The notes beneath the pieces were generated by a model. That model did not search any database, was not told the DNA's origin, and saw only the letters and a list, made by a program, of their open reading frames with translations. A DNA stretch of 32,000 bases from Erysipelothrix inopinata (lineage in GTDB: Bacteria; Bacillota_I; Bacilli_A; Erysipelotrichales; Erysipelotrichaceae): contig NZ_CP060715.1 in the NCBI RefSeq assembly GCF_014396165.1, positions 1,740,001 to 1,772,000 of the forward strand. The letters are read 5' to 3'. Position numbers and translations under genes: made by a program. Positions 8,932-17,174 of this stretch are shown here, in pieces; within the stretch, counting starts at the first letter, position 1; every line of letters starts with the position of its first letter.

Positions 8932-10831
8932 ATTCTTCCTCCTCTAATGTAAACGCGACATTTTGTTCAATCCAATTTCTTCGAATATCGACTTTATCGC
9001 CCATTAGGGTTGCAACTCGCTTATCAGCTGTCAAGAAATCATCGATTTGAACTTGAATAAGTGAACGAGTAGCTGGGTCCATGGTTGTTTCCCAAAGTTG
9101 ATCCGCGTTCATTTCTCCCAATCCTTTGTATCGTTGAATTTCAATTTTTCCGTACTGTTTTCGGTACGCTTCCAATTCTTCTTCTGTATAGCAGTAGTGA
9201 GAATTTTTACCAGATTTAACACGGTAAAGTGGTGGTTGCGCAATGTAGACATATCCAGCTTCAACTAACGGTCTCATATGACGGAAAAAGAAAGTTAATA
9301 ATAAAACTTGAATATGGGCACCGTCGGTATCAGCATCGGTCATGATGATAATTTTATTATAATTGCTATCCGCAACTTCGAAATCTTGACCCACACCTGC
9401 ACCAATACAGTGAATAATAGTATTCAATTCTTCATTCTTTAAAATATCGTCAAATTTTGCTTTTTGAGTATTAAGTACCTTACCTCTGAGTGGCAAGATA
9501 GCTTGGAACTTACTGTCCCGACCTTGTTTAGCCGATCCACCCGCAGAATCTCCCTCAACAAGGAACAATTCATTTTTATTCTTGTTACGAGTTTGAGCAT
9601 TCGCAAGTTTTCCAGATAAGATTCTTTCAATACGATTTTTCTTACCAGAACGCGCTTGTTCACGCGCTTTACGAGCCGCTTGACGCGCATGCGATGCTTT
9701 TTGAATTTTTGTTAGAATCATGGTTGCCTGTTCATGATGTGTATCAAGGTAAAACGGCAATTGTTCAGAAATGATCGTATCGACAACTTGTCGTGCAACA
9801 GGAGTACCAAGTTTTCCTTTTGTTTGTCCTTCGAATTGTAGTAAATGTTCCGGAATACTTACAGAAATGATAACTGAAAGTCCTTCACGAATATCGCCAC
9901 CCTCGAAGTTTTTATCTTTTTCTTTTAAGAAATTATGTTTACGAGCATAATCATTCATTACTTTCGTAAAACCAGATCTAAATCCCGCAACATGAGTCCC
10001 ACCATCATTAGTACGGACTAAGTTAACATATGAATAAGTATCCTCATTGTAGCCTTCGTTATATTGCAAAGCGACACGTGCTTCAATTTCTTGGTCTTCA
10101 CCTTGTAATACGATTGCATCATTTAAAACAGTTTGATCTTCATGAATATAACTCATAAAGGCATTCAAGCCATCTTCATATAAGAATGTTTTTTGAGCAT
10201 CAACTCTTAAGTCAACAACCTCAAAAGAAATCCCTTGTAATAAGAATGCAGACTCTTGTACCCTTTCGCAAATTGTATCGTAGCTAAATTTACAATTTTT
10301 GAAAATAGATTCATCCGCTCTAAAACGAACCCAACTTCCGACAGGTCCTTTTTCATCAATTTTCTCTAGAGAACTTACGTCTTTTCCGCCATTTGAAAAA
10401 TGCATCATATACGTTTGACTCTTTGTAAATACCTTTACATCAACAAATTCACTTAATGCATTCACAACAGAAGCTCCAACACCATGGAGTCCCCCACTTG
10501 TTTTATATCCACCTGATTGTGAGAATTTCCCACCAGCATGTAAAACAGTAAAAATGACTTGCAATGCACTGACACCACTCGGGTGCTTTTCAATTGGCAT
10601 TCCACGTCCTTCATCTCTAACACTAATTGTCAGGTCATCTTCGATAACCAGTTTAATTTTTGATCCAAAACCATTCAGCGCTTCGTCAATGGCATTATCC
10701 ATGACCTCCCACACTAAATGATGGAGTCCACGTTGATCGGTTGATCCAATGTACATTCCTGGGCGTTTACGAACTGCTTCAAGTCCTTCTAATATTTCAA
10801 TGCTTGATGCAGAATAATTTTTTTCACTCAA
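8921..10831 (-). CDS. parE: DNA topoisomerase IV subunit B
   Basis: SIEILEGLEAVRKRPGMYIG, GGLHGVGASVVNALS, LVEGDSAGGSAKQGRD and IMTDADTDGAHI are type IIA B-subunit motifs. I chose start TTG 10831 (LSEKNY...), 9 nt after AAAGGAG. The track start at 10912 lies upstream of a likely promoter. The gene overlaps parC by 11 nt. Confidence 0.85.
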   Translation of the reverse strand: MSEKNYSASSIEILEGLEAVRKRPGMYIGSTDQRGLHHLVWEVMDNAIDEALNGFGSKIKLVIEDDLTISVRDEGRGMPIEKHPSGVSALQVIFTVLHAGGKFSQSGGYKTSGGLHGVGASVVNALSEFVDVKVFTKSQTYMMHFSNGGKDVSSLEKIDEKGPVGSWVRFRADESIFKNCKFSYDTICERVQESAFLLQGISFEVVDLRVDAQKTFLYEDGLNAFMSYIHEDQTVLNDAIVLQGEDQEIEARVALQYNEGYNEDTYSYVNLVRTNDGGTHVAGFRSGFTKVMNDYARKHNFLKEKDKNFEGGDIREGLSVIISVSIPEHLLQFEGQTKGKLGTPVARQVVDTIISEQLPFYLDTHHEQATMILTKIQKASHARQAARKAREQARSGKKNRIERILSGKLANAQTRNKNKNELFLVEGDSAGGSAKQGRDSKFQAILPLRGKVLNTQKAKFDDILKNEELNTIIHCIGAGVGQDFEVADSNYNKIIIMTDADTDGAHIQVLLLTFFFRHMRPLVEAGYVYIAQPPLYRVKSGKNSHYCYTEEELEAYRKQYGKIEIQRYKGLGEMNADQLWETTMDPATRSLIQVQIDDFLTADKRVATLMGDKVDIRRNWIEQNVAFTLEEEEYVS

Positions 10832-10856
10832 CTTGTCCAACTCCTTTACAGACTGT

Positions 10857-10865
10857 ATTATAACA
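10857..10865 (-). promoter_or_regulatory. Candidate extended -10 (TGTTATAAT) for parE-parC
   Basis: The minus strand reads ..gggaataaacgTGtTATAATacagtctgtAAAGGAGttggacaagTTG. The -35 is poor. Confidence 0.4.
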
Positions 10866-11019
10866 CGTTTATTCCCACAATATTTAATCAAGTTAAAACA
10901 TTTTAGTACCAAAAACCTTTATAAAACTTAAAGATTGGGTATAATTAGAATACAGCTCATCCATCATAGCGGATGTAAGTTTTAAAGGAAAGGTTTATTT
11001 TCAAAAGGGGTAATTATTT

Positions 11020-11622
11020 ATGCAAATATTTTTAGCGAGCCTGGTAGGCTATATTTTAGGTTCAATACCGAATGCGCTCGTAATCGGGAAAGTTTTCTAC
11101 AATACGGATATCCGTGAACATGGATCCGGAAATCTTGGAGGTACCAACGCAGGACGAACACTGGGTGCAAAAGCTGGTATGTCCGTTGCTGTTCTTGACG
11201 TTTTAAAAGCAACAATTGCTATGGCTCTTGCCTATTTCCTTTTTCCACAGACAATCATATACGCGGGATTCTTTGCAACACTGGGACATTGCTTCCCTGT
11301 CTTTGCACAGTTCAAAGGTGGTAAGGCCGTATCAACGGCAGTCGGTTTCCTCCTTGGAATCACGATTTTCATCACCCATCAACCTGTTTACCATTTCATT
11401 ATTCCAATTGCATTATTCTTCGGAATACTCTATTTAAGTAAAATGGTATCACTATCGGCAATCATCACACTTATTGTAACAAGTATCATCCTGGCTTTCA
11501 CAACCTCTGACATTGCGATATCGGGATCATTCGCAATCATTACAGTTATCGTAATCTATCGCCATCGTAAAAATATCAAACGAATCATGAACGGAACTGA
11601 ATCCAAAATCACTTGGATGTAA
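11020..11622 (+). CDS. plsY: Glycerol-3-phosphate acyltransferase PlsY
   Basis: A 200-aa polytopic membrane protein with GSIPNALVIGK..DIREHGSGNLGGTNAGR and ..FKGGKAV.., which are PlsY signature motifs. Confidence 0.9.
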   Translation: MQIFLASLVGYILGSIPNALVIGKVFYNTDIREHGSGNLGGTNAGRTLGAKAGMSVAVLDVLKATIAMALAYFLFPQTIIYAGFFATLGHCFPVFAQFKGGKAVSTAVGFLLGITIFITHQPVYHFIIPIALFFGILYLSKMVSLSAIITLIVTSIILAFTTSDIAISGSFAIITVIVIYRHRKNIKRIMNGTESKITWM

Positions 11623-11630
11623 CCTTAACA

Positions 11631-11658
11631 ACTGAGACAATACGCTCTCAGTTTTTTT
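11631..11658 (+). terminator. Intrinsic terminator after plsY
   Basis: ACTGAGA-caatacgc-TCTCAGT followed by TTTTTTT. Confidence 0.75.
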
Positions 11659-11704
11659 ATCGTTGCATTACTGTACTATTTATGTGGTACAACATTCGAT
11701 TTTA

Positions 11705-11713
11705 TGATAAAAT
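11705..11713 (+). promoter_or_regulatory. Candidate extended -10 (TGATAAAAT) for the ABC operon
   Basis: ..cgattttaTGaTAAAATgaaggcacatgaactAAAGGAGaagcattcATG. Confidence 0.35.
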
Positions 11714-11743
11714 GAAGGCACATGAACTAAAGGAGAAGCATTC

Positions 11744-12460
11744 ATGATCAAATTAGAAAATATTTCAAAGACATACAACAAAACACATCTTGCAGTTGAT
11801 GACTTAACGTTAGAAATCAAGCCGGGTGAAATTGTTGGATTTATTGGCCCAAATGGTGCAGGAAAGACAACCACTTTAAAGATGTTGACCGGAATTCTTA
11901 AACCCGATACAGGAAGTATTTTTATCAATGGATACAACATTCAAACTGACCCTATTGAAGCTAAAAAAGAATTCGGCTATGTATCTGATGATCCCAATGC
12001 ATTTTTAAAACTAAAAGGGATTGAATATTTGAATTTTATTGCTAACATGTATCAAGTTGATGTTGAAACTCGAAATGCACGTATTTCCGAATATTCCAAA
12101 TTATTGCAAATGGAGAATGCATTGGGTGATACAATCAGTTCTTATTCTCACGGTATGCGTCAAAAGATTATGGTTATGGGAGTTCTTGTCCACGATCCGA
12201 ATCTTTGGATTCTTGATGAGCCCCTTACAGGTCTTGACCCACAATCATCATACACATTAAAATCATTGATGAAACAACGTGCTTCGGAAGGAAAATCAGT
12301 TATTTTTTCGACCCATGTTCTTGAAGTAGCTGAGAAATTATGCGACCAAATTGCAATTATTAATCACGGAAAAATTGTGTACCAAGGCACACTTGAATAC
12401 CTTAAAGAAACATCAGGAGATCTCTCTCTTGAAGAAATTTTCTTGGAGTTAACACGATGA
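11744..12460 (+). CDS. ABC transporter ATP-binding protein (ABC-2/exporter type)
   Basis: Walker A GPNGAGKTTT, Q-loop, signature-like YSHGMRQK and Walker B LWILDEPLTGLD, followed by an H-loop STH. Confidence 0.9.
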   Translation: MIKLENISKTYNKTHLAVDDLTLEIKPGEIVGFIGPNGAGKTTTLKMLTGILKPDTGSIFINGYNIQTDPIEAKKEFGYVSDDPNAFLKLKGIEYLNFIANMYQVDVETRNARISEYSKLLQMENALGDTISSYSHGMRQKIMVMGVLVHDPNLWILDEPLTGLDPQSSYTLKSLMKQRASEGKSVIFSTHVLEVAEKLCDQIAIINHGKIVYQGTLEYLKETSGDLSLEEIFLELTR

Positions 12461-14148
12461 GTAGAATTCTAAGCCTTACTAAAGTATTGCTGAAGACATC
12501 CACAGACGCTTCATTGCAATCCTTATCCTTCCGAAAAAAATCAAAGGATACATCCGGTAAAAAGATATTACGAATCATAGGGTTCGCATTCCTTGGTCTT
12601 TACCTCAGTTTTATTGCATTTATCTTCATTGATGGTTTGCTTTCACAATACGCCCCGATCCAACAAGAAGGTGCCGTACTCTTTTTAATCTACATGGTAC
12701 TTACATTCTATTTACTCATGTTTAGTGTTCTCATTATTCCGTCAATATTCTATTTTTCAAAGGATATCGACTCTCTAATCGTCTTACCATTGAAACCTTG
12801 GGAAATTTTAATTTCTAAATTTCTCGCCACGCTTGCATCACTTTACGTAACAATTTCATTTATTGTATTACCTCTATTTATCAGTCTCTTGATACGTGTG
12901 CATCCAAGTTTCTTATCCATGGTTATCTACTGGATTAGCGTTATTCTTTTACCGATTATTCCACTAAGTATTGCATTAATCGTGATAGTCATCTTGATGG
13001 CGTTTATCCCTTTCTTTAAGAATAAGAATATCTATACTTATCTCACGATGGTGTTCTCATTAGGAATTGCTTTTGTATTCATGTCAATTGGTAATTCAAT
13101 GAGCGCTGGTGCAGATGGTTTGGATACGTTGATGACCGCTTTGCAGCAAGGCAATAATTCCTTAATGAATTCACTTAATACTTTTATTCCTACTGTTAAA
13201 TGGCTCTCTGACGCCATTATCTTCATAGATTTTAAGAGTCTCATCTACGCAATTTTATTTGCAACCGTACTCCCTTGTGCCGTACTCTTTGCAATTCAAA
13301 ACCTGTACTTTAATGCTGTAGTTGGAATTGACGAACAAAGCAGTAAAAAGAAATCATTAACTTCTTCAGAACTAAAAAGAGAGAACAAACAAAACAAACG
13401 TTATGTATCAATCATGAAATATGATTGGATGACGATTAAAAGAACACCAACATTTATGATGAATTATCTTGTAATGTACATTATCATGCCTGTAATGATG
13501 TTATTTCCAATCATAACAAAAGGCGGTTTCTCAGAAATGTTTGCAGTTCAAGATGAGATAGTAGAAATGGTTGCCGTCATTCCACCACTGCGATTAGCTA
13601 TCACTGTGACCGTGGTCGGATTCCTAGCTTCGATTGTGTTGGGAAGTATGAGTTCGATTAGCTCCACTGCAATTTCTCGCGAAGGACAATCAATTTTGTC
13701 CTTTAAATCAATGCCGTTTAACCTCTTAGAACTAATTCATGCAAAAATTATTTTGGGTTCAATCACCACTTTAATTCTTCCAACAATAATTGGAATTCTT
13801 GCCGTTATTTATTTAAAACTTAATCCGCTCTATTTTGTATTATTTGGCCTGGCGGCTATTTTAGGAGCTCTCGCCATTAATACAATTGAAATTAGTATGG
13901 ATGTATTCTTCCCTAAACTTGATTGGGAAAACGAAGTACAAGCAGTTAAACAAAATTTTGTAGCTGCTATTATTCCGTTATCAGTTATCATGATTACATT
14001 TATTACCATTGGTTTAAGTTTCGTTATTGATATCAATACGGTTCTAATTATATATACAGGAATACTCATAATCATTGCTAGTATAGCTTATCAAATAATA
14101 AAGAAAGCTGGCATTAAGAAATTAAATGAAAAAATTGAATCACTATAA
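12457..14148 (+). CDS. Large polytopic ABC exporter permease (unknown substrate)
   Basis: The start overlaps the ATPase stop (ATGA). The protein is 563 aa with many hydrophobic segments in two blocks, separated by a charged linker (SSKKKSLTSSELKRENKQNKR). I recognise no catalytic motifs. Confidence 0.7.
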   Translation: MSRILSLTKVLLKTSTDASLQSLSFRKKSKDTSGKKILRIIGFAFLGLYLSFIAFIFIDGLLSQYAPIQQEGAVLFLIYMVLTFYLLMFSVLIIPSIFYFSKDIDSLIVLPLKPWEILISKFLATLASLYVTISFIVLPLFISLLIRVHPSFLSMVIYWISVILLPIIPLSIALIVIVILMAFIPFFKNKNIYTYLTMVFSLGIAFVFMSIGNSMSAGADGLDTLMTALQQGNNSLMNSLNTFIPTVKWLSDAIIFIDFKSLIYAILFATVLPCAVLFAIQNLYFNAVVGIDEQSSKKKSLTSSELKRENKQNKRYVSIMKYDWMTIKRTPTFMMNYLVMYIIMPVMMLFPIITKGGFSEMFAVQDEIVEMVAVIPPLRLAITVTVVGFLASIVLGSMSSISSTAISREGQSILSFKSMPFNLLELIHAKIILGSITTLILPTIIGILAVIYLKLNPLYFVLFGLAAILGALAINTIEISMDVFFPKLDWENEVQAVKQNFVAAIIPLSVIMITFITIGLSFVIDINTVLIIYTGILIIIASIAYQIIKKAGIKKLNEKIESL

Positions 14149-14150
14149 AA

Positions 14151-14186
14151 AAGATGAGGCCATTTAAGCCTCATCTTATTTTTTAG
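14151..14186. terminator. Bidirectional intrinsic terminator between convergent genes
   Basis: AAGATGAGGC-catttaa-GCCTCATCTT, flanked by A-run 14148..14152 and T-run 14179..14184. The stop codon of the minus-strand hydrolase gene (14176..14178) lies in the stem base. Confidence 0.75.
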
Positions 14187-15030
14187 TTGTACGGTCATCA
14201 AGCCAATCAATGCTATCTTGAATAACTTCTTTGCCATTAGGTTCATTATAAAGAACATGGCCCATTCCCTCATATATTTTCAAATCTTTGTCCTTAGAAG
14301 CAATCGTATCGTAAAAGTGTTGCGAAACTGCTACAGGAATCGTTTGATCGTTTGCACCATGAGCAATGAAGCACGGATAATGATAACTATGCATCGTTCG
14401 TAAAACTTCACTGGTTGCGTCTACAAAGATTGTTTTTAAGAAACGAACAGTAAAGTATTCTGTTCTCATAGGATTTTCAGCACGCATATGATATTTTAGT
14501 TCGAGTTCAGCTTTTTCCTTTGGACTGTTGAATTCAATGATACCATCCTTAAAGTGTAGTAGCGAGTCCTCTGCGAGCATATTAAGTCCATTCATCAGAA
14601 CCTTCAAACGCGGATTTATAGCGCGTGGATACCCTACAGCAGGTCCTACCATCACTTGGCCACTTAAGGTATTGGGATACTCTATACCAAATAGAGCAGA
14701 GACTAAACCACCCATACTAAAACCAAGCGTAAAAAGAGGAACATGGACATTTTCTCGAAGTGCCATTCGAACAATTGTATGAAGATCATAGATATAGGTT
14801 TGATATGTATCAATATCACCCAGTTCAGACAAAGTCTTTCCATGCCCTCTCATATCATAACGATATACAGTATACCCTCTTTTGTTAAGCGCTTTTGCGT
14901 ATACCTCGTATTCACCAAGGTGATTTGAGAATCCATGGCACATGATCACAACGCCCCTTGGATTTTTTACTCGATCAACCAGATAAAATAATTGATCATT
15001 ATTGCTAACTAATAAATAATTATCCATCAT
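14176..15030 (-). CDS. Alpha/beta hydrolase, lysophospholipase / monoacylglycerol-lipase-like
   Basis: HGFSNHLGEYE..RGYTVYRYDMRGHGKT, nucleophile elbow GFSMGG, and later HGANDQTIP and GMGHVLYNE. These are consistent with a Ser-Asp-His triad. Confidence 0.8.
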   Translation of the reverse strand: MMDNYLLVSNNDQLFYLVDRVKNPRGVVIMCHGFSNHLGEYEVYAKALNKRGYTVYRYDMRGHGKTLSELGDIDTYQTYIYDLHTIVRMALRENVHVPLFTLGFSMGGLVSALFGIEYPNTLSGQVMVGPAVGYPRAINPRLKVLMNGLNMLAEDSLLHFKDGIIEFNSPKEKAELELKYHMRAENPMRTEYFTVRFLKTIFVDATSEVLRTMHSYHYPCFIAHGANDQTIPVAVSQHFYDTIASKDKDLKIYEGMGHVLYNEPNGKEVIQDSIDWLDDRTTKK

Positions 15031-15110
15031 AAGCCCTCCGATATAATATATCGTACCACGATTTTAATAAAAGTGTCCTTAATAGCGATCATATTTCAGA
15101 ACAATATCAC

Positions 15111-15139
15111 AAAAAAAGACCAAACATAAGTTTGGTCTT
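15111..15139 (-). terminator. Intrinsic terminator after gdhA
   Basis: The minus strand reads TAAGACCAAAC-ttat-GTTTGGTCTT-TTTTTTG. The gdhA stop is part of the 5' arm. Confidence 0.75.
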
Positions 15140-16430
15140 AAATAACTCCCAAAGATTTGATTGATGTTTCAAGTCTTTTATAAGCTAAGTAATTAGCTGC
15201 TTTCAAATAATTATTACGTTCACCCAAAGACTCTGCAGCATCTACAAGATCTTTGAAAATCTCGTACATACTTTTCTCAAGTAAACGATCAACATGCTCG
15301 AAGCTAAAATGCTCAAATTGCGCATTTTGTCTCATTTCGATTCCTGACGCAACTACACCACCAGCGTTTGCTGCTTTTCCAGGTATAAACGTAATATCTG
15401 ATTTCATAATTTCTTCGATTGCTTCTGTCGTTAGAGGTCTATTTGCCCCTTCCGCTATTACTTTGCATCCATTTTCAATAAGTGAAATAACATGCAGTTC
15501 ATTTACCTCATTTTCATGAGCACACGGCAATGCAATGTCGCAAGGAACATTCCAGATTGGAAGTTCAAATACGAAACGGACGCTTGGATCAGAAATTTCA
15601 GAAAGTTTTTTCCCAGATTCTTTATGCTTCTGAATAGCAAGAATATCGAGTCCCGACTCCTTGTAAACATAACCACTACGATCACTCATAGCAATTACAC
15701 GCCCACCAAGAGTATTCACTTTAAGTGCTGCATAAATTGCGACATTTCCGCTTCCTGATATTACAACGTTTTTATCTTCAAAAGAATCATGATGGTGATC
15801 TAACAGTGCATCAACCATATATACGAGTCCATAGCCCGTAGCTTCTGTTCTCGCAAGCGCACCACCATGTTCAATGTTTTTACCTGTAAGGGTTGGACTA
15901 AAGGAATTCGTCAATCTTTTATATTGTCCAAACAAATAGCCGATTTCTCGTTTACCAACACCGATATCTCCTGCTGGAATATCTGTTTCAGAACCAATAT
16001 GTTTCGATAGTTCGGTCATAAATGACTGACAAAACATCATGATTTCCATTTCTGTTTTATCCTTAGGGTTAAAATCACTTCCCCCTTTAGCGCCACCTAA
16101 ACCAAGTCCTGTTAAAGCATTTTTAAATGTCTGTTCAAAAGCAAGGAATTTCATGACGTCCAAGTCTACAGAAGGATCAAAGCGCAATCCTCCTTTATAA
16201 GGTCCGAGTGCACTATTATACTGTACACGATAACCATAATTAACTTGAACACGTCCATGACGATCTACCCAAGGAACACGAAATATAATCGTTCTCTCAG
16301 GATAGAGTAATAATTTCAAAATATCAGGTTCTATATGCTCTTCAATTGAGTCAACGAAATCCATTACAGCATTTTGGAATAAGGTCTCATCAGGATACTT
16401 CAATAAAATTTCTCTTGCTATTTCATTCAT
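15138..16430 (-). CDS. gdhA: Glutamate dehydrogenase (Glu/Leu/Phe/Val dehydrogenase family)
   Basis: YKGGLRFDPSV, GLGGAKGGSDFNPK (catalytic Lys box), GGALARTEATGYG and the dinucleotide fold ISGSGNVA. Confidence 0.9.
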   Translation of the reverse strand: MNEIAREILLKYPDETLFQNAVMDFVDSIEEHIEPDILKLLLYPERTIIFRVPWVDRHGRVQVNYGYRVQYNSALGPYKGGLRFDPSVDLDVMKFLAFEQTFKNALTGLGLGGAKGGSDFNPKDKTEMEIMMFCQSFMTELSKHIGSETDIPAGDIGVGKREIGYLFGQYKRLTNSFSPTLTGKNIEHGGALARTEATGYGLVYMVDALLDHHHDSFEDKNVVISGSGNVAIYAALKVNTLGGRVIAMSDRSGYVYKESGLDILAIQKHKESGKKLSEISDPSVRFVFELPIWNVPCDIALPCAHENEVNELHVISLIENGCKVIAEGANRPLTTEAIEEIMKSDITFIPGKAANAGGVVASGIEMRQNAQFEHFSFEHVDRLLEKSMYEIFKDLVDAAESLGERNNYLKAANYLAYKRLETSIKSLGVI

Positions 16431-16431
16431 A

Positions 16432-17154
16432 TTATTCTCCAGACTCTACATTATGATAGTAGTTTTGAACATCTTCAACTTCATCTAACATTTTAATCAT
16501 TTTCTCATAGTTTGGCATGTCTTCTTCTGACATGGTCACATACTCATGAGGGAGATACGTAATTTCTAATACATCAAAGGTTGTTTCCCCTAATGCTTCT
16601 TCAATAGCTTCTTTTGCTTTGTGTAAGCTTGTAGGATCTACTGTTACTGTAATTGAATCTTCTTCAAGTTCAATGTCTTGTAAGTCAACTTCATGTTCCA
16701 GAAGAATTTCCATAATAGCTTCTTCATCATTATGTTTGAATGATAATAAACCAACATGGTCATATCCATGAACAACTGACCCATTGACACCAATTTTTCC
16801 TTTTGATTTAGTGAAACAGTTTCGAACTTCACTATAAGTACGATTGTCATTGTCTGTAAGACATTCAACAATAAATGAAGCGGAACCCGGTCCAAATCCT
16901 TCATAAGTTACTGCATGGTAATTTTCTTCTGAACCGCCTTTAGCTTTTTCAATAGCACGGTTGATGACATCAGCAGGAACTTGTTTCGCACGTGCTTCAT
17001 CAATGATACGTTTTAATCCAGTATTCATTTCTGGATCAGGAACTCCTGCTTTCGCAGCCATATAAATTTCTTTTCCGTAACGTGAATATACTTTTGTTTT
17101 TGCCGCAGCAGTTTTAGCCATCGACGCTTTTCTAACTTCAAATGCTCTACCCAT
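16432..17154 (-). CDS. YebC/PmpR family DNA-binding regulator / translation factor
   Basis: MGRAFEVRKASMAKTAAAKTKVYSRYGKEIYMAAKAG.PDPEMN..LKRIIDEARAKQVPADVINRAIEKAKG plus a full-length 240-aa architecture. The stop is 1 nt from the gdhA ATG. Confidence 0.9.
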   Translation of the reverse strand: MGRAFEVRKASMAKTAAAKTKVYSRYGKEIYMAAKAGVPDPEMNTGLKRIIDEARAKQVPADVINRAIEKAKGGSEENYHAVTYEGFGPGSASFIVECLTDNDNRTYSEVRNCFTKSKGKIGVNGSVVHGYDHVGLLSFKHNDEEAIMEILLEHEVDLQDIELEEDSITVTVDPTSLHKAKEAIEEALGETTFDVLEITYLPHEYVTMSEEDMPNYEKMIKMLDEVEDVQNYYHNVESGE

Positions 17155-17174
17155 AACTTTTACCTCTTTTTCTT

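Noticed and set aside
11216-11437. 73-aa alternative-frame ORF inside plsY, and similar 60-90-aa track ORFs inside parC, parE, pheT, gdhA, the ABC genes and others
   Set aside because: All are nested in or antisense to long genes with clear family motifs, and none has its own SD or promoter. I treat them as frame noise.
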